Position numbers and translations under genes: made by a program. A DNA stretch of 41,528 nt, taken from the sequence record NC_019719.1; one strand, given 5' to 3'. Source of the DNA: Escherichia phage HK633. Of the stretch, positions 8,438 to 18,989 are shown piece after piece. The notes under the pieces were generated by a model that ran no database searches, was not told the DNA's origin, and saw only the letters and a program-made list of their open reading frames with translations. Positions within the stretch are counted from its first letter, which is position 1. The number at the start of each line of letters is the position of its first letter.

Positions 8438-11400
8438 ATGGCTACGTTGCGCGAACTGATCATCAAAATATCTGCAAACTCTCAGTCATTCCAGTCTGAA
8501 ATTTCTCGTGCTTCAAGAATGGGGAATGACTATTACCGGGTAATGCAGACTGGAGGACGCCAATCGGCCGCAGCTTCGCGTGAAACTCAGCGTGCCTTGG
8601 CTGAGGTAACTAGTCAAATAAACACCGCGAAGGCCTCAGCACTGGGAATGGCTGGTGCATTTGCTGGAGCATTTGCGACTGGTCATCTTATATCGCTGGC
8701 CGATGAATGGAGCTCTGTTAATGCCAGGCTAAAGCAGGCTTCCCAGTCGTCAGATGATTTCACGGAGTCCCAGCGGGCGCTGATGGATATTAGCCAGCGA
8801 ACCGGAACCGCCTTCTCTGATAATGCGAGTCTTTTTGCGCGTTCAGCCGCTTCTATGCGTGAATATGGCTACAGTTCAGAAGAGGTTCTGAAGGTAACCG
8901 AGGCTATATCAACAGGGCTTAAGCTGTCAGGCGCAAGCGCGTCTGAAGCGAGTTCGGTAATCACGCAGTTCAGCCAGGCTCTGGCGCAGGGTGTTCTTCG
9001 AGGCGAGGAATTTAACTCCGTCAACGAAAACGGTGATCGAGTTATCCGTGCTCTTGCCGCAGGGATGGGTGTAGCTCGTAAAGATCTGAAGGCAATGGCC
9101 GATCAGGGGATGCTAACCGCAGATAAAGTTGTCCCGGCCCTGATAAGTCAACTTGGCACTATGCGTGGTGAATTTGAGGCAATGCCGCAGACCGTTTCTG
9201 CTGCCACGACGAAAGTCGAAAATGCTTTCATGGCATGGGTAGGTGGCGCTAATGAAGCCACTGGTGCGACAAGTACTCTTGTTGCCGTATTGAATACGGT
9301 TTCTGACAATATAGACACTGTGGCTACGGCTGCCGGAGCTTTGGCTGCGATAGGTGGAGCTCGCTATCTTGGAGGGATGTTTGGCGATCTTGGGAACCAG
9401 ACGGCGCAATTAATAGATGCCAGAAAGAACGAAATTGCGCTCGCAGCTGCAAGGGCTGAATCTGCTACCCAATCACAACGCAAGGCCGCCGCCGATGCTA
9501 TTGCTGCTGAGCGAGCTTACCAGCTTGCTCAGTCAGAACTTGTGCTGGCAAAGAATACTAATGCTGAGGCTACTGCCACTCAAAATGCCATATCCAAGCG
9601 CCGGGCAATGATTACAGCAAATGCGGCACTGGTACAGTCAAACAGAGCCGTTGCAGCCTCTCAGCAGGCACTTAACTCTGCAACATCAGTGCTGGGGCTT
9701 GTAAAAACTGGCGCTACGGGTCTTTTGTCGTTAGTTGGTGGTTTGCCAGGAATTTTAATGTTGGGTGCTGGGGCGTGGTACACGATGTATCAACGCCAAG
9801 AACAAGCCAGGGAATCTGCAATCCAATATGCGGACACAATCGAGCAGGTACGAGATAATCTGAAATCAATGTCTCAGACGCAGATATCCGCCAACCTTGG
9901 ACAGGCGAATATTTCACTGGATGCTCAGAATAGTGCGATTGAACAGCAGAAGCAGAAAGTTGCTGAATTATCCAATCAACTTTATAACGCAAAATTAGCA
10001 GCCAATTCTGCTTCAGAGGGGACATGGCTGTATAACGATGCGGTTGAGAAAGCCGCAGACTTTGCTTCAGAACTTGCGGTTGAAGAAGGCCGACTTGAGC
10101 AAATGCTCAATAAAAGAAAGCAAACACAACAGTTAATAAACGACATAACTGATCAGGCTATAAATAAAACAGTAGAAATGGCTGGCGCCGTAAGTTCTCT
10201 TACAGAGATGTATGACCGGCTGAACAAGGTTTCCAGACAGTCTACAGCAGTGTCCCCACCAAAATATGCAGGACCTGTACTTCCTGCGCTTGATAATAAG
10301 CAACAACAAGCTATTGAGAAAGCACAGCGACAGCTTGAGCTATCTGGCCTTCAGGGTTTGGATAAGGCTCGAAAGCAGGCAGAATTCGATGCATCTGATC
10401 TGAACCTTCCAGCTGGTTGGCGTGAGAAATATGTCAGCATGGAAGTTGAGTCTGCCAGGCAATTACAAGCAATTCGTAACTCAAGCCGCCATAAGGGTGG
10501 AAAATCCGAGGCGGAAAAAACAGCTGATACCTATGACAAGCTGATCAAGCAGCAAAAAGAGCAGATCGCTCTGCAAGGGCAGAATACCGAGCTGGCAAAG
10601 GTTAAATATCAGGTAAGCCAGGGTGAGCTTTCTACGCTAAGTCAGGCCCAGAAAGCCGAAGTTATGCGTAATGCTGCTCTCATCGATCAGGTTAAATTGC
10701 GTGAGCAACTGCGAAATTACGAAGCCAACCTTGCTGACAGTAACGACAGCGCCCGCGCAGCCAATGAAGCGCAACTGCTGGGCTACGGGCAGGGAACCAG
10801 GTTCCGTGAAAGACTTCAGGAGCAGTTCAATCTGCGTAAGGAGTTTGAGCAGAAGAATACCGATCTTCTCCGCCAGCGTCAGGCTGGTGAAATCGACGAG
10901 ACGTTCTATCAGCAGGGGCTGGCACTTAATAAGCGCTACCTCGAAGAGCGCCTGCGCGACCAGGAGGGATATTACGCAGCTTCTGATGCGCAGCGTGACG
11001 ACTGGATGACGGGACTGTCTGAGGGTTATGCGAACTGGGTGGATGAAGCGACAGATTACTCCTCCATGGCAGCTGACGGGATGAAGCAGGCAATGGGTGG
11101 GGCGGTAACTTCGATTACTGACATGCTCAATGGTAACGTCGACAGCTGGAAGGACTGGGGTGTCAGCGTACTGAAGATCATCCAGAATGTTCTGGTCAAT
11201 ATGGCTGTTGCTAACGGCGTCAGTTCAATTGGTTCTCTCTTCAGCTTTGGCGCATCTTCCGCCGCTGCCGCCAGTAGCGGTACTGCAATTCAGAACGCTG
11301 GCGCGAACTTCACCTTTAACGCGAAGGGTAATGTTTACGACTCTCCGTCCCTGAGCGCATACAGCAATGGCGTGTTTCAGACCCCTCAGCTTTTTGCTTT

Positions 11401-11704
11401 TGCCAAAGGAGCGGGTGTGTTTGCAGAGGCTGGACCTGAAGCCATTATGCCGCTTACCCGTGCTGCTGATGGTTCGCTTGGCGTTCGGGCTGTTGGCACT
11501 GGTGGTGGTCAGGCTGTATCTTCGGCTCCACAGGTTTACATCACCATCGATGGCAACGGAAATACTTCCACGCAGACTTCACCCGGCCTTGAGCAATTTG
11601 GTGCTGATGTCGGTAAATATATTGATCAGCGATATAAGCAGAACATCATGCGAGATATTCGGCCTGGCGGTGACATCTGGAACGCAATGAAAGGAACCCG
11701 ATAA
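8438..11704 (+). CDS. Tail tape measure protein
   Basis: 1088 aa from ATG 8438 (track starts at 8426 inside the terminator T-run); long Ala/Gln-rich coiled-coil region; position between G/T and gpM. Confidence 0.9.
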   Translation: MATLRELIIKISANSQSFQSEISRASRMGNDYYRVMQTGGRQSAAASRETQRALAEVTSQINTAKASALGMAGAFAGAFATGHLISLADEWSSVNARLKQASQSSDDFTESQRALMDISQRTGTAFSDNASLFARSAASMREYGYSSEEVLKVTEAISTGLKLSGASASEASSVITQFSQALAQGVLRGEEFNSVNENGDRVIRALAAGMGVARKDLKAMADQGMLTADKVVPALISQLGTMRGEFEAMPQTVSAATTKVENAFMAWVGGANEATGATSTLVAVLNTVSDNIDTVATAAGALAAIGGARYLGGMFGDLGNQTAQLIDARKNEIALAAARAESATQSQRKAAADAIAAERAYQLAQSELVLAKNTNAEATATQNAISKRRAMITANAALVQSNRAVAASQQALNSATSVLGLVKTGATGLLSLVGGLPGILMLGAGAWYTMYQRQEQARESAIQYADTIEQVRDNLKSMSQTQISANLGQANISLDAQNSAIEQQKQKVAELSNQLYNAKLAANSASEGTWLYNDAVEKAADFASELAVEEGRLEQMLNKRKQTQQLINDITDQAINKTVEMAGAVSSLTEMYDRLNKVSRQSTAVSPPKYAGPVLPALDNKQQQAIEKAQRQLELSGLQGLDKARKQAEFDASDLNLPAGWREKYVSMEVESARQLQAIRNSSRHKGGKSEAEKTADTYDKLIKQQKEQIALQGQNTELAKVKYQVSQGELSTLSQAQKAEVMRNAALIDQVKLREQLRNYEANLADSNDSARAANEAQLLGYGQGTRFRERLQEQFNLRKEFEQKNTDLLRQRQAGEIDETFYQQGLALNKRYLEERLRDQEGYYAASDAQRDDWMTGLSEGYANWVDEATDYSSMAADGMKQAMGGAVTSITDMLNGNVDSWKDWGVSVLKIIQNVLVNMAVANGVSSIGSLFSFGASSAAAASSGTAIQNAGANFTFNAKGNVYDSPSLSAYSNGVFQTPQLFAFAKGAGVFAEAGPEAIMPLTRAADGSLGVRAVGTGGGQAVSSAPQVYITIDGNGNTSTQTSPGLEQFGADVGKYIDQRYKQNIMRDIRPGGDIWNAMKGTR

Positions 11705-11706
11705 AA

Positions 11707-12045
11707 ATGGCTATCGAAACTTTCACCTGGTGCCCACGACTTAACGCTGAGGCAGATATAAATTTCCGCGTCAGGAAAGCACAGTTTGGTGATGGATATG
11801 AGCAGGTTTCAGGGGATGGATTGAATACCAGAACCCAGCAGTGGACGCTCAACTTTACTGGCAACGAAACCTACATTTCCGCCATTAAATCTTTTCTCGA
11901 CAGGCATGAAGGAACGAAAGCCTTTCAATGGAAGCCGCCGCTCGAGCCTTTGGGTTTGTATCGTTGCGAAACGTATAAACCCACCGGGCTGGGTGCGGGA
12001 AAATTCAACCTTGAAGCAACATTCATCCAGGCATTTAAACCATGA
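11707..12045 (+). CDS. M: Minor tail protein M
   Basis: 112 aa directly after tape measure; lambda gpM-like order and size. Confidence 0.8.
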   Translation: MAIETFTWCPRLNAEADINFRVRKAQFGDGYEQVSGDGLNTRTQQWTLNFTGNETYISAIKSFLDRHEGTKAFQWKPPLEPLGLYRCETYKPTGLGAGKFNLEATFIQAFKP

Positions 12046-12800
12046 GCTTAAACGCAGACTATCAGAAGCTTGAATCCGGAAACGATGTTCGTCTGATTGA
12101 GGTGGACGGTTCTTCCTTTGGGCTAACGGACGTTCTCCGCTTTCACAATTACCGCATTCCCCACACGGAAGCGGAAATCATCGCCGCTGGTGGGGATGAG
12201 TCCAAGCTTCCGGCGAAACCAATCTGGTGGCAGGGAAATGAATACGCCGCCTGGCCGTATCAGCTGGAAGGCCTGGAAAAATCAACCAGTGGGAGCAATG
12301 CAACGCCATCACTGACGGTTGCGAACATCGAAAGCTCTATTTCTGCCATGTGTCTTGCGTATGACGATCTGCTGCAGGCGAAAGTCACTATTCACGACAC
12401 AAAAGAGAAATATCTCGATGCCAGAAATTTCGCGGACGGCAACCCCACAGCAGACCCGACTCAGGAAAAGCTGCAGGTCTGGTATATCGACGGGAAAACT
12501 GGCGAGCTTGCCGGTGAAACCGTTGAATTTGTTCTGTCCAGCCCGATGGACCTGCAGGGGCAAATGATCCCGACGCGACAGCTTCATTCCCTGTGTACCT
12601 GGTGCATCCGAAATAAATATCGTACCGGCGACGGCTGCGACTATGCCGGCACCCGCTATTTCGATAAAAACAACAACCCGGTAAGCGATCCGTCGCTGGA
12701 TGAATGCAATGGCACGCTGACGGCCTGCAAACTCCGATTCGGCGAAAATAACGAACTCTCGTTTGGTGGCTTCCCTGGTACGTCGCTGATCAGGAGTTGA
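12042..12800 (+). CDS. L: Minor tail protein L
   Basis: 252 aa; ATGA overlap; C-terminal Cys cluster (C-x2-C ... C ... C) consistent with the gpL Fe-S site. Confidence 0.85.
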   Translation: MSLNADYQKLESGNDVRLIEVDGSSFGLTDVLRFHNYRIPHTEAEIIAAGGDESKLPAKPIWWQGNEYAAWPYQLEGLEKSTSGSNATPSLTVANIESSISAMCLAYDDLLQAKVTIHDTKEKYLDARNFADGNPTADPTQEKLQVWYIDGKTGELAGETVEFVLSSPMDLQGQMIPTRQLHSLCTWCIRNKYRTGDGCDYAGTRYFDKNNNPVSDPSLDECNGTLTACKLRFGENNELSFGGFPGTSLIRS

Positions 12801-12801
12801 T

Positions 12802-13512
12802 ATGCGTCAGAAAACCATCGATGCGATTATGGCGCATGCTGCAGCTGAATATCCTCGTGAGTGTTGTGGCGTGGTGGCGCAAAAGAGCCGGGTAGAGAAA
12901 TATTTTCCATGTAGTAACCTCGCTACCGAGCCGACAGAACATTTTCACCTGTCTCCAGAAGACTATGCAGCTGCTGAGGACTGGGGTACGGTGATCGCCA
13001 TCGTTCACAGTCACCCTGACGCCACAACGCAGCCGAGCGAACTGGATAAAGCGCAATGCGACGCAACGCTTTTACCCTGGCATATTGTGAGCTGGCCGGA
13101 GGGGGATTTACGCACCATCCAGCCGCGCGGAGAACTGCCACTGCTGGAGCGTCCGTTTGTGCTTGGACACTTCGACTGCTGGGGGCTGGTAATGAGCTAT
13201 TTCCGGCAAACGCATGGTATCGAGCTCCACGATTACCGGGTGGATTATCCCTGGTGGGAAAACGCCTATCCGGACAATTTTTATCAGGATTGCTGGTATG
13301 AATGCGGATTCAGGGAGTTTGACGGCCCGCCTCAGGAAGGGGACCTCGTCATCATGCAGGTGCAGGCCGATAAGTGGAATCATGCCGGGATTTTACTGGA
13401 GGGTAACATGCTGCTGCACCACCTGTACGGACATCTGAGCCAGCGCGTGCCGTATGGGGGCTACTGGCAGGAAAGGACGATGAAGATTCTTAGACATCAG
13501 AATTTTATTTAA
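12802..13512 (+). CDS. K: Tail tip assembly protein K (JAB/MPN + NlpC/P60)
   Basis: GGAG RBS; HSHPD JAMM-type motif in N-terminal half, Cys/His-containing C-terminal half. Confidence 0.85.
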   Translation: MRQKTIDAIMAHAAAEYPRECCGVVAQKSRVEKYFPCSNLATEPTEHFHLSPEDYAAAEDWGTVIAIVHSHPDATTQPSELDKAQCDATLLPWHIVSWPEGDLRTIQPRGELPLLERPFVLGHFDCWGLVMSYFRQTHGIELHDYRVDYPWWENAYPDNFYQDCWYECGFREFDGPPQEGDLVIMQVQADKWNHAGILLEGNMLLHHLYGHLSQRVPYGGYWQERTMKILRHQNFI

Positions 13513-13559
13513 CAAACTGTCACTGATACTATCGTGTAGCACACAGCAAGGAGAACGAT

Positions 13560-13784
13560 ATGTATACAGTTGGGTTTGGTTGGATCTTCGTCGGTATTTT
13601 TATTGGGTTAATTCTCTGGTTTTTCATCAACCGCGCCAGCGTCAGAGCGAACAGGCAGGTTGAATTACTTGAGTCTATCGACCAGAAATTATCAAAAATA
13701 GTAGATCCAAACTTCGAGGCAAATAACAAAGACCAGTCGAAAGAAAACTACCTTGAAGAAGCAAGGAAAAAAGCTGGGCTTTGA
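13560..13784 (+). CDS. Second YebO / gp15-like small membrane protein (paralogous moron)
   Basis: 74 aa; AAGGAGA RBS; N-terminal TM helix (GLILWFFINRAS) and RAN-x-QVE motif shared with ORF 8206-8394; GATACT -10-like hexamer at 13525-13530; own terminator. Confidence 0.7.
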   Translation: MYTVGFGWIFVGIFIGLILWFFINRASVRANRQVELLESIDQKLSKIVDPNFEANNKDQSKENYLEEARKKAGL

Positions 13785-13800
13785 GAGCGTAAATTAACAA

Positions 13801-13822
13801 ACCACCTACGGGTGGTTTTTTT
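13801..13822 (+). terminator. Intrinsic terminator (ACCACC-TACG-GGTGGT + T7)
   Basis: Perfect 6-bp stem, tetraloop, T7 read from sequence. Confidence 0.8.
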
Positions 13823-13833
13823 ATGGGGGCAGC

Positions 13834-14442
13834 ATGCAAGAGGTAATGACAAGAATTGAGCTAAGTGGCGTGCTAGCTAAGACATATGGAAGGGTTCATC
13901 ACCGTCTGGTTCTCACTACTGCTGAAGCCATTAATGCACTCGCGAAAACCATCAATGGATTCGAGAAATTCTTAAACACAAGCAAAGCCCGAGGGCTGAC
14001 GTATGCCGTTTATAGAGATAAAAAGAATATTGGCGTTGATGATCTCGGCTTTCCCGTCACCGGCGAAGTGATCCGGATTGTCCCTGTAGTAATAGGGAGT
14101 AAAAAGGCTGGTCTTTTGCAGACGATCTTGGGGGCCGTGCTTATTACTGCTGCTGTGTTGACTGGCCCCGGCGGTATTGGCGCTGCTTTCGCTGCTGGTG
14201 GATTGACGGGGTTTGCTGCTGCCACTGGTGCCTCGTTGGTCCTCGGTGGGGTTATTCAGCTTCTTTCACCACAGCCATCAGGCATAGCCAGCAAACAAAG
14301 CGCAGATAACCGTGCATCGTATGCATTCGGCGGTGTTACAAACACCGCGGCACAGGGGTACCCGGTGCCTCTGCTTTATGGTAAGCGTCGAATCGGCGGA
14401 GCGATTATTTCTGCCGGAATTTATGTCGAAGATCAGCAGTAG
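13834..14442 (+). CDS. I: Tail assembly protein I
   Basis: 202 aa; N-terminal ubiquitin-like region and Gly/Ala-rich hydrophobic C-terminal half; between K and J. Confidence 0.8.
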   Translation: MQEVMTRIELSGVLAKTYGRVHHRLVLTTAEAINALAKTINGFEKFLNTSKARGLTYAVYRDKKNIGVDDLGFPVTGEVIRIVPVVIGSKKAGLLQTILGAVLITAAVLTGPGGIGAAFAAGGLTGFAAATGASLVLGGVIQLLSPQPSGIASKQSADNRASYAFGGVTNTAAQGYPVPLLYGKRRIGGAIISAGIYVEDQQ

Positions 14443-14460
14443 ATAACAAACCTTTTTACA

Positions 14461-14484
14461 AGCCACCTCCGGGGGGCTTTTTTT
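14461..14484 (+). terminator. Terminator-like hairpin (GC-rich stem with bulge + T7) before J
   Basis: AGCCACCTCCGGGGGGCT followed by TTTTTTT. Confidence 0.5.
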
Positions 14485-14495
14485 ATGGACGCAAT

Positions 14496-17400
14496 ATGGC
14501 AACTGCAACCGCGATTAAAGGCCGCAAAGGCGGTAGTTCAAAGACACGCACTCCAACTGAACAGCCCGATGATCTGCAGTCAGTTGCGAAGGCGAAAATT
14601 TTAATCGCCCTTGGCGAGGGCGAGTTCTCCGGGCAATTAACCGGCAAAGATATCTACCTGGACGGAACAGCGCTGGAGAACGCCGACGGCTCCCAAAACT
14701 TCAGCGGCGTTACGTGGGAATTTCGCGCGGGAACGCAGGCGCAAAAATATATTCAGGGTATTCCCGGTACCGAAAACGAGATCAGCGTAGGAACTGAGGT
14801 ATCAAGTGCCACAGCCTGGACGCGCACGTTTACCAATACGCAGCTTTCAGCAGTTCGCCTGCGTCTTAAATGGCCCTCGCTTTTCAAACAGGAAGACGAC
14901 GGCGATCTGGTGGGTTACTCGGTCAATTATGCGATTGACCTGCAGACTGACGGCGGCACATGGCAGACGGTACTCAATACCAGCGTGACCGGCAAAACGA
15001 CGTCTGGTTATGAGCGCAGCCACCGTATCGATTTACCGCAGGCTGGCAGCACCTGGACAATACGTCTGCGTAAGATTACCTCTGACGCCAACAGCGCGAA
15101 GATCGGCGACACGATGATGCTGCAGAGCTTCACCGAGGTGATTGACGCCAAACTGCGCTACCCGAACACCGCGCTGCTCTACGTCGAATTCGACTCAAGC
15201 CAGTTCAACGGCTCTATTCCTCAAATTTCATGCGAACCGCGCGGCCGCGTTATCCGCGTTCCAGATACCTACGACCCTGAAACCCGCACTTATAGCGGTA
15301 CATGGACCGGTGCGTTTAAGTGGGCATGGACGGATAACCCTGCGTGGATTTTTTACGACCTGGTTGTTTCTGACCGGTTCGGCCTTGGGCACCGTTTGAC
15401 CGCTGCGAATATTGATAAATGGACGCTTTATCAGGTTGCTCAGTATTGTGATCAGATGGTGCCAGACGGCAAAGGGGGCAACGGTACAGAACCACGTTAT
15501 ACCTGCAACGTGTACATTCAGGACCGGAACGACGCCTACACAGTCCTGCGTGATTTTGCCGCTATCTTCCGTGGCATGACCTACTGGGGCGGGGATCAGA
15601 TTGTGGCCCTGGCTGACATGCCGCGCGATGTTGATTACAGCTATACGCGCGCTAACGTTGTTGGCGGTCGCTTCACCTATTCGAGCAGCACCACGAAAAG
15701 CCGCTACACCACAGCGCTGGTTTCATGGTCAGACCCGGGTAACGCTTATGCCGACGCGATGGAGCCGGTATTTGAGCAGGCGCTGGTGGCGCGGTACGGC
15801 TTCAATCAGCTGGAAATGACAGCCATCGGCTGCACCAGGCAGTCAGAGGCGAACCGAAAGGGGCGCTGGGGTATTCTCACCAATAACAAGGATCGCGTTG
15901 TTTCGTTTGATGTCGGGCTGGACGGAAACATTCCGCAGCCGGGCTACATCATCGCCGTGGCAGACGAGCTGCTTTCCGGAAAGGTTATGGGCGGCCGCAT
16001 CAGCGCCGTTAACGGTCGCGTTATCAAACTTGACCGCGTAGCTGATGCAGCACCAGGTGATCGCCTTATTCTCAACCTTCCCTCCGGAGCGTCGCAGAGC
16101 AGGACCATTCAGGCCGTGAACGGGGAATCAGTCACAGTCACCACGGCATACAGTGAGACGCCACAGGCCGAAGCTGTTTGGGTGGTTGAATCTGACGAGC
16201 TTTACGCGCAGCAGTATCGTGTTGTCAGCGTTTCCGATAACAATGATGGCACTTTCTCGATTACCGGCGCATGGCACGACCCGGATAAATATGCCCGTAT
16301 CGATACCGGAGCCATCATTGACCAACGGCCGGTGAGCGTGATCCCGCCGGGCAACCAGTCGCCGCCTGCGAATATCGTGATCAGCTCGTTTTCCGTGGTT
16401 CAGCAAAATATCAGCGTCGAAACGATGCGCGTGAGCTGGGACCAGGCGCAGAACGCTATCGCCTATGAAGCACAATGGCGCCGCAACGACGGGAACTGGG
16501 TTAACGTGCCGCGCACCTCCACCACGTCATTCGACGTCCCGGGGATTTATGCCGGGCGCTACCTGGTGCGCGTGCGCGCAATCAATGCCGCAGAAATTTC
16601 ATCTGGATGGGGCTACTCAGAAGAGAAAACGCTGACGGGTAAAGTGGGCAATCCACCGAAGCCGGTTGGCTTTATCGCTTCTGAAAACGTGGTATTCGGT
16701 ATCGAGCTGAATTGGGGATTCCCGGCGAATACCGACGACACGCTGAAGACGGAAATTCAGTACAGTCTGACCGGTACCGAAGACGATGCGATGCTGCTGG
16801 CCGATGTGCCTTACCCGCAGCGCAAATATCAGCAGATGGGCCTTAAGGCTGGGCAGATTTTCTGGTACCGCGCGCAGCTGGTTGACCGCAGCGGTAACGA
16901 GTCAGGTTATACCGGCTGGGTTCGTGGGCAGGCCAGTATCGATGTTTCTGACATCACAGATGTGATCCTTGAAGACATCAAAGGGTCTGAGACGTTCAAA
17001 GACCTGATCGAGAACGCTGTGGACAGCAATGAAAAAATTGCTGGCATGGCTGACGACATCAAACAGGCCAACGATGAACTTGAACTCCAGGCGCAGGAAA
17101 TCGCAAAAAACGCGCAGGACATCGGGCAGGTTCAGACCAGCGTTAATGAGCTTTCTAGCACGGTCGGTGATGTGTCGTCTTCTCTCTCAGATCTTGAGCA
17201 GACTGTTGCGACTGCTGATACCGCACTGGGCCAGCGAATCGACAGCATCAGCGTGTCTATGGACGGCATGACGGGCGGGGTGAAGAACTCTGCTATCGCA
17301 ATTATCCAGAACGGGCTGGCACAAGTGGCTACGCGTAAATCGTTGTCAGCTTCGGTCGCAGGGAACAGTGCGCAGCTGGATCGTATTGATGAGGTAATCG

Positions 17401-18047
17401 TTAACGAGAAGGAGGCAACGGCGCGTTCTCTGCTGAGCCTGCAGACGGATGTCAACGGCAACAAGGCATCCATAAACAGCCTGAATCAGACGTTCTCCGA
17501 CTATCAGCAGGCTACGGCCACGCAGATAAACGGCATAACGGCGACGGTGAACGGGCATACCTCCGCCATCACCACTAACGCTCAGGCGATAGCCAACGTT
17601 AATGGCGACCTCAGCGCGATGTACAACATCAAGGTTGGCGTTTCCAGCAACGGTCAGTATTACGCCGCGGGGATGGGTATCGGCGTGGAGAATACGCCAT
17701 CCGGCATGCAGTCGCAGGTTATCTTCCTGGCTGATCGCTTCGCCGTCACCACGGCAGCCGGTAACAGCGTGGCTTTGCCGTTTGTGATCCAGAATGGACA
17801 GACATTCATCCGGGCCAGTTTCATCCAGGACGGCACTATCAGCAACGCAAAGATTGGTAATTTTATCCAGTCGAACAATTATGTTGCTGGTTCTGCTGGC
17901 TGGAAGCTTGATAAAGGGGGGACGTTTGAGAACTACGGTTCGACTGCTGGTGAGGGAGCCATGAAACTGACAAATCAGACGATCAGCGTCAAAGATGGCA
18001 GTAATGTTCTTAGGGTGCAGGTTGGCCGATTAACGGGAGTATTCTGA
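14496..18047 (+). CDS. J: Central tail fibre / host specificity protein J
   Basis: 1183 aa; N-terminus resembles lambda gpJ; fibronectin-III-like middle region; largest tail gene after I. Confidence 0.9.
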   Translation: MATATAIKGRKGGSSKTRTPTEQPDDLQSVAKAKILIALGEGEFSGQLTGKDIYLDGTALENADGSQNFSGVTWEFRAGTQAQKYIQGIPGTENEISVGTEVSSATAWTRTFTNTQLSAVRLRLKWPSLFKQEDDGDLVGYSVNYAIDLQTDGGTWQTVLNTSVTGKTTSGYERSHRIDLPQAGSTWTIRLRKITSDANSAKIGDTMMLQSFTEVIDAKLRYPNTALLYVEFDSSQFNGSIPQISCEPRGRVIRVPDTYDPETRTYSGTWTGAFKWAWTDNPAWIFYDLVVSDRFGLGHRLTAANIDKWTLYQVAQYCDQMVPDGKGGNGTEPRYTCNVYIQDRNDAYTVLRDFAAIFRGMTYWGGDQIVALADMPRDVDYSYTRANVVGGRFTYSSSTTKSRYTTALVSWSDPGNAYADAMEPVFEQALVARYGFNQLEMTAIGCTRQSEANRKGRWGILTNNKDRVVSFDVGLDGNIPQPGYIIAVADELLSGKVMGGRISAVNGRVIKLDRVADAAPGDRLILNLPSGASQSRTIQAVNGESVTVTTAYSETPQAEAVWVVESDELYAQQYRVVSVSDNNDGTFSITGAWHDPDKYARIDTGAIIDQRPVSVIPPGNQSPPANIVISSFSVVQQNISVETMRVSWDQAQNAIAYEAQWRRNDGNWVNVPRTSTTSFDVPGIYAGRYLVRVRAINAAEISSGWGYSEEKTLTGKVGNPPKPVGFIASENVVFGIELNWGFPANTDDTLKTEIQYSLTGTEDDAMLLADVPYPQRKYQQMGLKAGQIFWYRAQLVDRSGNESGYTGWVRGQASIDVSDITDVILEDIKGSETFKDLIENAVDSNEKIAGMADDIKQANDELELQAQEIAKNAQDIGQVQTSVNELSSTVGDVSSSLSDLEQTVATADTALGQRIDSISVSMDGMTGGVKNSAIAIIQNGLAQVATRKSLSASVAGNSAQLDRIDEVIVNEKEATARSLLSLQTDVNGNKASINSLNQTFSDYQQATATQINGITATVNGHTSAITTNAQAIANVNGDLSAMYNIKVGVSSNGQYYAAGMGIGVENTPSGMQSQVIFLADRFAVTTAAGNSVALPFVIQNGQTFIRASFIQDGTISNAKIGNFIQSNNYVAGSAGWKLDKGGTFENYGSTAGEGAMKLTNQTISVKDGSNVLRVQVGRLTGVF

Positions 18048-18048
18048 A

Positions 18049-18351
18049 ATGGCTTATGGAATACAGACCTGGGATGCTTCAGGAAAACCCAACAACTATG
18101 GCATCAAACCCGTTTCCGTCGTTGGGCGAATACAGCTGGCTGCCGGGCAAACCTCAGGCAGCTGGTCTTTTACGGTGCCCTCAGGAATGAAAGTTGGTTT
18201 TGTTCTTTCACTTGATGAAGGAGGTAACAGCGTAGGGCGGCGCATTGTCGCGTCAGGGAGCACAATAACCGTAAGCGCTGCATCTTCTGTAGGTCTGGGT
18301 AATTATCCGGCCTCAAAGTGTGAAGTGGTCGTTTTCATGGAGAAAGCATAA
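18049..18351 (+). CDS. Hypothetical protein, translationally coupled to J
   Basis: 100 aa; starts 2 nt after J stop; beta-rich composition. Confidence 0.55.
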   Translation: MAYGIQTWDASGKPNNYGIKPVSVVGRIQLAAGQTSGSWSFTVPSGMKVGFVLSLDEGGNSVGRRIVASGSTITVSAASSVGLGNYPASKCEVVVFMEKA

Positions 18352-18989
18352 TGGCCGAATTTGGCGCGATGATATTAATGGACAACGGGAACCCATTTGT
18401 AACGCCCCAGTCAACGCCTTTTTGTCTTTACGGCAAGTACACTTTCAACTCCTCTGCTAATGGCAGTTCGCAGCAGGTTGCTCAGAATATTGCATTAAAT
18501 GCTGACTACCCTGTGATGGTATTTATCAGGACCACAAATACCGCCCAGCCCACGCCAGTAATATCTTACCGGAACGGCGGAAATATATATGTCGCGGGGG
18601 TTAATCCCTATAACCAGAGCTTCACGTTAACCGCATATATTTTTGCCATATTTCCCCAGACGTTACCGAAATGGGGGATGGCCATCTGGGATTCGAGCGG
18701 GAAGCTGGTACTCACTAATGAGTCCCGCGTGCTGTCAGACTTGCAGACAATCGGAACGCCTGGAGCAAACGGCGGGATTAACATTGACCAGACGCTTGAT
18801 GGTTCATGGGCAGTGGCTCCATCAAGGCTGGGGCAAGTGAACAGAAACGACGCTTACTCATCTTGTAGGTATTCAGGCACAAGTACAAGAATAAACGCCG
18901 GTACAGCCGCAAATACACCTGGCGGTGCTGGAGGGGTGATAAATAATGGAATTATCCTGACAGCAATTAAAACAGACGCCTATGACTGA
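18351..18989 (+). CDS. Hypothetical protein (possible tail-associated)
   Basis: 212 aa; TAATG overlap with upstream ORF; Gly/Asn/Thr-rich. Confidence 0.55.
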   Translation: MAEFGAMILMDNGNPFVTPQSTPFCLYGKYTFNSSANGSSQQVAQNIALNADYPVMVFIRTTNTAQPTPVISYRNGGNIYVAGVNPYNQSFTLTAYIFAIFPQTLPKWGMAIWDSSGKLVLTNESRVLSDLQTIGTPGANGGINIDQTLDGSWAVAPSRLGQVNRNDAYSSCRYSGTSTRINAGTAANTPGGAGGVINNGIILTAIKTDAYD

